IMG/VR virus record: IMGVR_UViG_3300049216_000035
Coordinates: 1 to 64,000 of that record
Strand: one strand, 5' to 3'
Length of the DNA stretch: 64,000 bases
Source: a virus
The position numbers were made by a program, and so were the translations under genes. The stretch's first letter is position 1. Each line of letters opens with the position of its first letter. The notes beneath the pieces were generated by a model. It was not told where the DNA came from. It made no database searches and saw only the letters and a program-made list of their open reading frames with translations. Below are positions 56,835-64,000 of this stretch, in pieces.

Positions 56835-56918
56835 GGGCAGCGCGCCCCACCTCGCACTGCCCCCGTCCACACGCGAAAGCCACCCTGGAGGACTAGGGGG
56901 CTCTCAAGCTGCGGACTC

Positions 56919-57128
56919 TTACAAGTCTACCAGATACGGCTTGTAGGTGTGGCCGAGTTCCGGGCACTGGAAGTGGAAGTGGAAGTCAGCTATTGGGACA
57001 CAGGCAAAGTCATGGAAATCGCACTGCTTCGCCTTGGTCAAGACATAGTGGCCTTCCGTGTCGGTCGCTCGTTGGATCGCCATTACGAAGTCCTCGAACT
57101 CTATCGGGCGAAGGTGAACGAGAGTCAC
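56919..57128 (-). CDS. hypothetical protein
   Basis: Coupled small ORF. Confidence 0.45.
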   Translation of the reverse strand: MTLVHLRPIEFEDFVMAIQRATDTEGHYVLTKAKQCDFHDFACVPIADFHFHFQCPELGHTYKPYLVDL

Positions 57129-57364
57129 GCCGGAACCTCACGGTACCGGAGTACGGGCTGGCCGCCGTTGGACGTGTCGGTATACTGCTCGGCCCGAACG
57201 CCCCCAAACATCAGGGTGCGAACGCGGTCCTCAACCAGCTTGCCGAACGCATCTCGATCCTGGTAGTAGGCATTGTTGCCGTAAGTATCCCAGATACGCT
57301 GGCGTACAAGGCCGCGAAGTAGATCAATCTCCGCGAGGGTGTAGGAGAAGCGGGAGTCTACCAA
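57125..57364 (-). CDS. hypothetical protein
   Basis: Coupled small ORF. Confidence 0.5.
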   Translation of the reverse strand: MVDSRFSYTLAEIDLLRGLVRQRIWDTYGNNAYYQDRDAFGKLVEDRVRTLMFGGVRAEQYTDTSNGGQPVLRYREVPA

Positions 57365-57365
57365 C

Positions 57366-57515
57366 TTAACGGTTCACTCGGCGCGCGATCCGCGCCGCCT
57401 TGTTGGCCTTGCGCCGGGCAGGCTTGCGGGCCTTAACCGCGTTCGCTTCGACTTTCTTGTGCATCCGCGCCATCATTACGCGGAACCAGGGTGGTACGAG
57501 TCTCGTAGACTTCAT
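57366..57515 (-). CDS. small basic protein (49 aa)
   Basis: Read manually: ends ARRKANKAARIARRVNR; TGATG coupling. Confidence 0.55.
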   Translation of the reverse strand: MKSTRLVPPWFRVMMARMHKKVEANAVKARKPARRKANKAARIARRVNR

Positions 57516-58180
57516 CAGAATGTCTCCTCACCGTCGATGGCATAGGGATCGTCTGCACTGCTATAGCTCCCCGCCGCTCCGTTCATAAAGCACTGCGGGC
57601 AACCGGGGACCGTGCGATTGAAAATGTAGCCGTGACCGTTACGGCAGGCGTAGACTGGCTCGCCAGCCGCGTCGAGTCGCGCGCACTGATCGCCCCACTG
57701 ATTCTTCTCGCCGGGCACGACCTTCGGTGCTTGCGGCGTGGCCGGGAGGTCTGGCTCCGCGAAGGCGGCGTTCAGGTTGCTCGCGTTCTTCTCGCCGACG
57801 ATGGGGACGTAGTTAGCGCGGAGTCTGTTCTGCGCTTCAAGAGCAGCGTCGGCCGCTGCGTTAATGTTGTCGATGTCTTCCTGAGTGAAGCCCCTGGCTA
57901 TCTCTTTGGGGCCGAGGACTGCCCGGCCAGTGCCGCCCTGCGTCAGCGACGCGCGAATATCCGCGATGTCTAGCTCGGGGGTGCCGGGCGGGAACTTCGC
58001 GGGCGGCTCTACGTCTGCCGGATCGCGAATGCTAATGGCGACACCGGACTTGCGTGTCGGGATCGCGCCGGGCGGGGCACCCGTGATACCAGACTCCAGA
58101 CGTAGACGGACTCCAGGATCGAGTCCTGGGCCGACGTTGGCTAAGATGTCCCGGACTTCAGGGCCAGAGAGCGTAACCAT
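57515..58180 (-). CDS. hypothetical protein with C-terminal Zn-finger-like motif
   Basis: CRNGH...GCPQC. Confidence 0.55.
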   Translation of the reverse strand: MVTLSGPEVRDILANVGPGLDPGVRLRLESGITGAPPGAIPTRKSGVAISIRDPADVEPPAKFPPGTPELDIADIRASLTQGGTGRAVLGPKEIARGFTQEDIDNINAAADAALEAQNRLRANYVPIVGEKNASNLNAAFAEPDLPATPQAPKVVPGEKNQWGDQCARLDAAGEPVYACRNGHGYIFNRTVPGCPQCFMNGAAGSYSSADDPYAIDGEETF

Positions 58181-58356
58181 TACGCCTTAGCCCCGTGCCA
58201 CTTGAACACGTCTAGCTCCGGCAGTTCGTTCAGCAGGTCTTCCGGTGCGCCGGAAGCCTCGGCTAAGTCAGCGTAGCGCCGAAGTTCTTCAGCGAACATC
58301 TTGCGCGTGAAATGCGGTGGGCTCGTGATCGTCAGGACGTGGTTCTCGTTCTTCAC
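58180..58356 (-). CDS. hypothetical protein
   Basis: GTG start coupled to the upstream micro-ORF. Confidence 0.45.
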   Translation of the reverse strand: MKNENHVLTITSPPHFTRKMFAEELRRYADLAEASGAPEDLLNELPELDVFKWHGAKA

Positions 58357-58490
58357 GCGGCGTATCCTCGCGGCTGCGCCGCACCAGTCCCACGGCACTT
58401 GCCGCAGGTGACTTCCTCGAAGCTCCCAATCTCACGGATCGAGCCCCAGCCCTTACAGCGATGGCAGTGAACCACCGGATCATATTCCAC
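58353..58490 (-). CDS. DnaJ-type Zn-finger microprotein (45 aa)
   Basis: Read manually: CHRCKGWG...CGKCRGTG. Confidence 0.6.
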   Translation of the reverse strand: MEYDPVVHCHRCKGWGSIREIGSFEEVTCGKCRGTGAAQPRGYAA

Positions 58491-59265
58491 GCAGAACGGC
58501 ATCGATTACCTCATCAGGATTCCAGTCGGGGCGTTCTGGCCCGAGCGACCGGACTTGGATAGACTCCGGCTCGGCTACCCACGCTTCGGGGTAGATCACC
58601 GGGGAGAGTACAACGTGACGCTTCACCCCCACCACTTGGGCGAGTCGGCTAGGGCCGGAGTCTATGGAGAGAACTCCGAACTCTGCCTTACGCATCAGAT
58701 AGCCGACATCGGATAGGGGTCGGCCATAGTAGTAGTCTACCTCATCCCAGGGTTGAGGATCACTGGCTGCGCCAACAACCGTGATCGGAACGTCCGCCCC
58801 AAGAAACGATTCGATGACATAGTTCCACTTCTCGACTGGCCACATGCGGTCGCGATCCTGGGTGAAGGGCGCGATCACGAGCCCCGCTTGCGGGACATCC
58901 GGCTTGTCGAAGGTCCCCGTTTCCTTGTTGAAGACTTCGAGCAAGTCGATACGGGCCTTGGGGATCGGCACCCCCGGCAGTCCGGCTTCCTTGAGGTAGT
59001 GCTGCTCGGGGGTACCGAGTCCACGCCCCCACCTACGGAAGCAGTTCTGGATCGAGAAGTGCTTGACGTGATAGAGCCCCGACTCCGGTATCTCGGAAAT
59101 AGACTTCGCGTTGCGGGGGCGCATGAGGAGTTCTACCTCCGCGTTCAGCGAATGGAGGTAGACCAGTTTACGATCCTTCGCAAGAACCTGGACGGCATGC
59201 ATAGCGCAGATCGCGTCCCCAATGTTCGGATCGGAGACGATAATGACGGTGGGTATCTCAGGCAT
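58480..59265 (-). CDS. glycosyltransferase family 9 (heptosyltransferase-like)
   Basis: IGDAI, VIAPF..RMWPVEKW, LSIDSGPSRLA. Confidence 0.8.
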   Translation of the reverse strand: MPEIPTVIIVSDPNIGDAICAMHAVQVLAKDRKLVYLHSLNAEVELLMRPRNAKSISEIPESGLYHVKHFSIQNCFRRWGRGLGTPEQHYLKEAGLPGVPIPKARIDLLEVFNKETGTFDKPDVPQAGLVIAPFTQDRDRMWPVEKWNYVIESFLGADVPITVVGAASDPQPWDEVDYYYGRPLSDVGYLMRKAEFGVLSIDSGPSRLAQVVGVKRHVVLSPVIYPEAWVAEPESIQVRSLGPERPDWNPDEVIDAVLRGI

Positions 59266-59387
59266 CGTGCCACTTCACCAAGCAGAACGGCCCGAACCAA
59301 TACCGCGAGAAGTTCGACGTTACGAAGCCGCCCATAAAACCGCCATCGTAATGGCGACGCCGGAACAAGAAGTAGCGGTTCCCAAAG

Positions 59388-59867
59388 TTAGGCACTCGTG
59401 AGCGCCTTTCGCGGCGTACCGCCCATCGGAATCGGGGGCTTCGGATCGCTGCGCGGGGGTGACTTCAGCAGCATGATAATCTTCACCACGTCGCTGGCTG
59501 GGTCGCCCGTGCCCTCGAAGATCATGCGGGTCTTACCCCCGGTCATACCGTTCAGCCAGATCGCCAGATCGACTTCCACGTTCGCGCCGACCGAGTTCTC
59601 CCAACCCGGTAAGCAGTAGATGATGTCCGCCTCGGCGACCCGTTCGAGGTCCCACTTCGCGAACGTCTCCCACGGATCGAGATTGAGATAGTCGGCACTC
59701 GTTGCCCCGGTCGTGGGGTCGAAGCCCATCTCACGATCATGGTCGGCTGGGCTAAAGACGGTGATCCCCGCAGCCGCGAACATATCGCGCGCCTCATCGA
59801 ACGCGGGGAAGTTCCAGAGCGGAAACGACCTCATTGGACCTGAAAGATAGACAGAGTACCTACGCAT
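59388..59867 (-). CDS. DUF4406 / nucleoside 2-deoxyribosyltransferase-like protein
   Basis: VYLSGPM...NFPAF...D.IYCLPGWENS.GA.VE. Confidence 0.8.
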   Translation of the reverse strand: MRRYSVYLSGPMRSFPLWNFPAFDEARDMFAAAGITVFSPADHDREMGFDPTTGATSADYLNLDPWETFAKWDLERVAEADIIYCLPGWENSVGANVEVDLAIWLNGMTGGKTRMIFEGTGDPASDVVKIIMLLKSPPRSDPKPPIPMGGTPRKALTSA

Positions 59868-60387
59868 GTTCACTCCAGATTCGGCCACGCTTGATAGCCG
59901 AGATTAGGGACTTCGAAACCCCGAACTCTTGGGCGAGCCGCTTAACGACTCCATGAATCCCTACTGCGAGTTCCGCTTTGATGGTGGCGACCTGGGTTGG
60001 GTTCAGCTTCAGATAGGCAGGCGGGCGATTCTCGTACTCGATGGCCTTCAGGGCTTTTGCGGTATAACGATCTGAAAGCCAAGGCATCAAGCGATGCAGG
60101 ATGATCGGAACTTTCCAACCAGACACACGCCACGCATAACGGGGCTGTTTACCTAACCCGGATGCCGGAAGCGGGCCAGCGATTTCGTTACCGAACAGTT
60201 CTGAAAAGCGAACTAACGGATCGATGTCACATAGGGCAAATGACAATCGAGGCCGCTGATGCTCGTCAACGAAACCTATAGAGCCGTCCGCGCAAAGCCA
60301 GCCGGCGAACCACGCCATAGTGGGTTCGTCTATTGCGTCGATCCGCGCTTGGTATTCGGACACATCTTTTTGCCGTACAGGGGTCAT
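59860..60387 (-). CDS. free-standing LAGLIDADG homing endonuclease with C-terminal HTH
   Basis: WFAGWLCADGSI; LAQEFGVSKSLISAIKRG..W. Confidence 0.8.
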   Translation of the reverse strand: MTPVRQKDVSEYQARIDAIDEPTMAWFAGWLCADGSIGFVDEHQRPRLSFALCDIDPLVRFSELFGNEIAGPLPASGLGKQPRYAWRVSGWKVPIILHRLMPWLSDRYTAKALKAIEYENRPPAYLKLNPTQVATIKAELAVGIHGVVKRLAQEFGVSKSLISAIKRGRIWSEHA

Positions 60388-60543
60388 CTTATCTAGCCTT
60401 ATTTGCTCTTAGGGTTGCCCAAACCGTAGCCCGTGAGGATCGAACCACGTTTCGTGCGTGAATTGGGGGTGCGCTATGTTGTGGAAGGTATCTAATCTAA
60501 CACAAGATAAGGGCTAATAAGGCCCGGTAATGTTCAGCACTGT

Positions 60544-60610
60544 GTCTTCAAAACCGTAGAGGAGGGTCTCAAAAACCCTTTGGTGAGTTCGATTCTCACA
60601 CTCTCCCGCC
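60544..60610 (+). pseudogene. 3' fragment of a tRNA-Sec-like gene (anticodon UCA); possible attP core
   Basis: CTTCAAA loop, long variable arm GAGGGT/ACCCTT, T-arm GTGAG-TTCGATT-CTCAC, 8-nt acceptor strand ACTCTCCC + G + CC; no matching 5' half. Confidence 0.6.
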
Positions 60611-60635
60611 TCAAAGTAGCCCAAATCGTTGCCCA

Positions 60636-60812
60636 TCAGCTTTTACGGTCGGTCAGATCGCTTATCGCGCCGCATAAGCACTCCGCGAATAGGAAGCGAA
60701 AGTCCGCGTCGCGGTCGGCAAGCTGCGCCTTTAGCTCCGCGATCTGCGGATAGAAGATCGAGACTGCGTAGTCGTAGCCTTTCCAGAATCCGGCCTTCTC
60801 GTCGTCGTTCAT
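60636..60812 (-). CDS. small hypothetical protein
   Basis: Read manually: MNDDEKAGFWKGYDYA...; ATGA coupling. Confidence 0.5.
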   Translation of the reverse strand: MNDDEKAGFWKGYDYAVSIFYPQIAELKAQLADRDADFRFLFAECLCGAISDLTDRKS

Positions 60813-61189
60813 TTCGCGGCAGGCTCGTCCGTGGATTCGAACACCGCGCAGATATACTTGATGGCTTCCTCGGCGGCGATTCCAGGTGCTATATAATGGT
60901 GCATGTATTCATGTATCGCCTCGCGCTGCGCGTCCGTCACCTTGCGGGGCTGTGCGATGACGCACTTAAACCAAACCCGTTCACCCGTACTCACGTCTAG
61001 CTTATGTTGGTAACCGAACCCACTTAAAACCGCTTCTAGCCGCGCAATCTCTGCGTCTTTCTCCGCAACGACTTCACGAACTATGGCGGCGGCTACGTCA
61101 AAGCCGTTAAGCCAATGTGGATTTTGTCGTGTGTACGGATTCACAAGACGCTCGCGTTCCTCGGCGAGTTTGGTTTCGAGGTCAGTCAC
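60809..61189 (-). CDS. hypothetical protein
   Basis: Coupled ORF with a coiled coil. Confidence 0.55.
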   Translation of the reverse strand: MTDLETKLAEERERLVNPYTRQNPHWLNGFDVAAAIVREVVAEKDAEIARLEAVLSGFGYQHKLDVSTGERVWFKCVIAQPRKVTDAQREAIHEYMHHYIAPGIAAEEAIKYICAVFESTDEPAAK

Positions 61190-61410
61190 GTTGACTCTCC
61201 TTCTCGCGCGGCGATGTACGCGGTCGTTTTTGCGAACGCGGCCATATACTCACGACTCGGTTTCTTATCGCGTTCTTGCCCTGGTCGGTACGTGCGCCAT
61301 ATCTCGTCGCGCAGCGACTTCGGAAGCATAAACCAATGTCGCTTGCACGTATGCATTTTAGGGGGAACCGGAACGGCACAGTTGGGTGCATGACAATGGT
61401 GCGCGCTCAT
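61186..61410 (-). CDS. small Zn-binding phage protein
   Basis: HCHAPNC...TCKRHWFMLP. Confidence 0.6.
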   Translation of the reverse strand: MSAHHCHAPNCAVPVPPKMHTCKRHWFMLPKSLRDEIWRTYRPGQERDKKPSREYMAAFAKTTAYIAAREGEST

Positions 61411-61453
61411 TCGTGACGCCCGCGAGCCTCGGCGAGCCGAATATCGAGGTCAC

Positions 61454-61810
61454 TCATTTCGTCACCTGAGCGTACCAGGGACACCCGAGCGTCCCCGAAC
61501 ACCTGAGCGCTCCCGTACACCCGAGCAGTAGGTTCGATGTAGGCCGTGTCCGCAACCGTCGCGGTATCGGCAACCCAGCCTCCGCCGTTGGGGTGTTTGT
61601 GAGCGGGTACGGGCCCGTTACCGTCGCCAAAGTCAAACGTCGTGACAGCGGGCTTTTCGGGTTTCTCTGCGGGGGGGGTGCGTTCTCTGCGAGCATCTCA
61701 CGCACGACGGCGCGAACGTGCGCGTCGATTGCTTCGGCCTCCCTCGGACGCAAGCCGTTGACGGTCATCCGTGAGTAGGTTTCTGCGCTTGTGAGCAACG
61801 AATTGTCCAT
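61454..61810 (-). CDS. hypothetical protein
   Basis: 118-aa ORF. Confidence 0.4.
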   Translation of the reverse strand: MDNSLLTSAETYSRMTVNGLRPREAEAIDAHVRAVVREMLAENAPPPQRNPKSPLSRRLTLATVTGPYPLTNTPTAEAGLPIPRRLRTRPTSNLLLGCTGALRCSGTLGCPWYAQVTK

Positions 61811-61988
61811 TTAGAATGGGCGTCCTTTCAGGGTGTCTTTAATAGCTTGAATGTAGTAGGCGACCTTACGAAAGAACTTACCAATCACGATGCTGCCCCC
61901 GGCATTAAATAGAGTACGAAAACCCAGACCCAGAGAAAGCACGCGAGGATCGTCAGTGCAGCGTTGAGGTCAATCTCTTCATCGTCTT

Positions 61989-62237
61989 TCACGGGCATGT
62001 TGCCCCCTCGAACGAGTGCCGCCCACGGTGGCCTAAGTTAAACGCGCACGGCATCGTCGTGCGACCCTTGACGCCAATCTCGACGTACTTAACTGGGCAC
62101 TGGTCGTCCAGGTGCCCCTCAACATCAAACACCAACTGAGGATTCAAGTTACGGATCGCGTCTAAAGTCCGCTTCAGTCTAGCTATCTCAGCTTCACATT
62201 CTGCGTGAACTGGCCCACCCATAGTGTACTCAGACAT
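61989..62237 (-). CDS. hypothetical protein (C..C...GH.G.H motif)
   Basis: 82-aa coupled ORF. Confidence 0.5.
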   Translation of the reverse strand: MSEYTMGGPVHAECEAEIARLKRTLDAIRNLNPQLVFDVEGHLDDQCPVKYVEIGVKGRTTMPCAFNLGHRGRHSFEGATCP

Positions 62238-62511
62238 CGCGCAGCCACTTGATGACCTTGCGCGCGTCGCGGCTCACGCGGCGCTCGGCAAAACCGACTG
62301 TCTCAGAGGCGAACACGAGCGCGAACAGATCGGATGTGAATCTATCCATTTGCGCGAGTGTGTAGTCGTGGCGCTCACCCGGTTCGCAGTAGCCCCAACA
62401 GTTGAAGTGATTAACCAACTTCTGAACCGCAAGAAGCCAGTCGTTCGAAGTCCACAATTTAGGGTCTAAGCACCAAGGGCGCTCGTAGAACTTCTTTACT
62501 TTCGGCATGCG
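62230..62511 (-). CDS. hypothetical protein (start uncertain)
   Basis: Part of ORF 62230-62538. Confidence 0.45.
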   Translation of the reverse strand, partial: RMPKVKKFYERPWCLDPKLWTSNDWLLAVQKLVNHFNCWGYCEPGERHDYTLAQMDRFTSDLFALVFASETVGFAERRVSRDARKVIKWLRDV

Positions 62512-63143
62512 AACTCCGCGTTCGATCCGGCGGAGCATGGCGGAGGGGTCGTACCCCCACCACCGAGATGCGTCACGCCGTAAATGATTCCACCGATAAT
62601 GGGAATCGCGTAGATACCGCTAGGCTGGGTCGCCGGAGCGGGGATCGAGTCGGGGTAACTCGGCGCTTCGCTCACCACGACGGGTGCGGGCTCGACCTGC
62701 GCGAGCGTCGGAACGTATGGCACCGTTGCCACATCGACCCGTGTCACGTTTTGATGCAGAATAACGTGACGAACCGGGATTGAAACGTAGGTCGGCTCGA
62801 CCACGCTTAAGTTGCCGCACGTCTGCGGAACGTACACCGTCTTGCCGTCATGCAGCCGCACACGCCAGCCGAGGACCGAAGAGGTCATCTGCGCGTTGCG
62901 GATCGCGTAAACGTGGCCGTGGTGGTTCCCCGCCATCGCATCGACGTGCCGGGGCAGGCGAACGTAGGCCGCATCCCCATCGAGCAGACGCTTCCGAAAC
63001 TCCGCATACTCTGCGGAGGTTAGCCCGACTTTCTCCGCAGCCTGTGCATAGACTGTGGATTGGGCTTTCGTATCGAGCCAGACTTCCTCAGCAGACTGCG
63101 GGCGAGTCTGGGCTAGGTGATCTGCGAAAAGATTAACGATCAT
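62496..63143 (-). CDS. putative membrane-anchored protein
   Basis: Pro-rich linker and C-terminal TM segment followed by PPPC...C. Confidence 0.55.
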   Translation of the reverse strand: MIVNLFADHLAQTRPQSAEEVWLDTKAQSTVYAQAAEKVGLTSAEYAEFRKRLLDGDAAYVRLPRHVDAMAGNHHGHVYAIRNAQMTSSVLGWRVRLHDGKTVYVPQTCGNLSVVEPTYVSIPVRHVILHQNVTRVDVATVPYVPTLAQVEPAPVVVSEAPSYPDSIPAPATQPSGIYAIPIIGGIIYGVTHLGGGGTTPPPCSAGSNAEFACRK

Positions 63144-63378
63144 TTACGGCCAAAGGCTCCCAGTGGTAAGTGTCCATGTAGATGTCATCAATACGGGCGT
63201 GAACGCCACGAATCGTCCATTTTGAACCGCACCTATCATACGTCCCCACCGCTGTCTCCGACGAAAGCTGGACTGCTGGGTTATCGGGGTGGCATCCCGG
63301 AATGTCTTTCAGATAGACACTCGCGGTCGCATGACACGGCGGCGCTAATTGGAAAAGGTACCCTTTAGACTGCTTCAT
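63133..63378 (-). CDS. hypothetical protein
   Basis: 81-aa ORF. Confidence 0.4.
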   Translation of the reverse strand: MKQSKGYLFQLAPPCHATASVYLKDIPGCHPDNPAVQLSSETAVGTYDRCGSKWTIRGVHARIDDIYMDTYHWEPLAVNDR

Positions 63379-63463
63379 ACGATTCGAGACTTTCTGAGGG
63401 AGAACATGAGGAGGCCACCGACGAGACTAATCGCCAACGCGATACAGAGTGCGACATGCGCGG

Positions 63464-64000
63464 CTACGCCCATTTCTTGCGAAGAGCTTCCGCGAAGTCA
63501 GCAACGGCTTTCGTGCCAAGCGTATTGTTTTTCAGAACTGATCCGTCAGTCGGGATCAGTGGATAGTCGAGCGGCGTCAGACCAAGAACATTACAGAACG
63601 CATCGTAGCGACCTACGACTCCGGCCCCGTAAGCGAAGCTCGTGGCTTCGACGGACCCTAGTTGTCCAGTGTTGTACGCCTGACTCCCAACAGTAAGTTG
63701 GCCGACGAACGGAGTATCGTCATCGCCCACCGAGACGGGTATCGTCTGAGCGAACGCGAGGTTCGCCGCGAGAACGCTCGTGACTTTGATGATAGAGAGA
63801 TTGATCTGGCCGAGGTACTCGGGCTGACCATTGATCTGTCCCAGACCATAGTCGGTGCGCTTCGCGATCACGTCCGGCGGATCGTTCGCACTCCCGTTCT
63901 GGTTGTTGGGGTTCTTAGCGAACGGATCGAAGCAAGACTCACCCGCAATCACGGCTGCGATGTACGGGTAGTGAACGGTGAACTTCTTACCGCCGACGAT
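63464..64000 (-). CDS. SLT/lysozyme-like lytic transglycosylase, 5' partial
   Basis: AVIAGES.FDPFA.N, DYGLGQIN, AYNTG; frame open to the window end. Confidence 0.72.
   Translation of the reverse strand: MVGGKKFTVHYPYIAAVIAGESCFDPFAKNPNNQNGSANDPPDVIAKRTDYGLGQINGQPEYLGQINLSIIKVTSVLAANLAFAQTIPVSVGDDDTPFVGQLTVGSQAYNTGQLGSVEATSFAYGAGVVGRYDAFCNVLGLTPLDYPLIPTDGSVLKNNTLGTKAVADFAEALRKKWA

Noticed and set aside
60424-60460. Second tRNA on the - strand (CGTGG-TTCGATC-CTCACG)
   Set aside because: Only a bulged T-arm-like hairpin; no cloverleaf could be built

Overview
This window is part of a tailed dsDNA phage genome of siphovirus type, with most genes on the - strand. In - strand order it contains: small accessory genes (64-54 kb; SLT muralytic enzyme, LAGLIDADG endonuclease, DUF4406-like, GT9 glycosyltransferase, DUF932-like); a head/tail operon (protease-scaffold, cement, MCP, connectors, tail tube, frameshifted chaperones, tape measure, Dit, tail tip); lysis genes (L,D-transpeptidase-family, amidase, membrane proteins); a phosphoesterase and ClpP; a + strand SNF2 block; a replication/recombination operon (iteron-bearing initiator, degenerate DnaC-like, DnaB, primase, gp32-like SSB, intein-containing PolA, Cas4-like nuclease, RecA); and terS, terL, portal and a MuF locus. 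The most notable candidate system is the portal-MuF locus (1.3-8.4 kb). A split MuF-like minor head protein carries a string of effector-like modules: an R-S-E ADP-ribosyltransferase, an HDxxGH domain, an unknown domain and a truncated P-loop NTPase. Each module is introduced by the same linker, hydrophobic-x-E followed by an (S)GN-x-(G/D)-H-x-GRPGQ-x-GGS motif. This suggests protease-released, capsid-packaged cargo, and DNA scars suggest module loss by recombination between linkers. Other notable items are a 3' tRNA-Sec-like fragment (possible attP), enrichment of C-terminal Ala-Ala ends alongside a phage ClpP, two candidate phage promoter motifs and a displaced neck gene. All product calls come from motif recognition by eye; no database searches were run.
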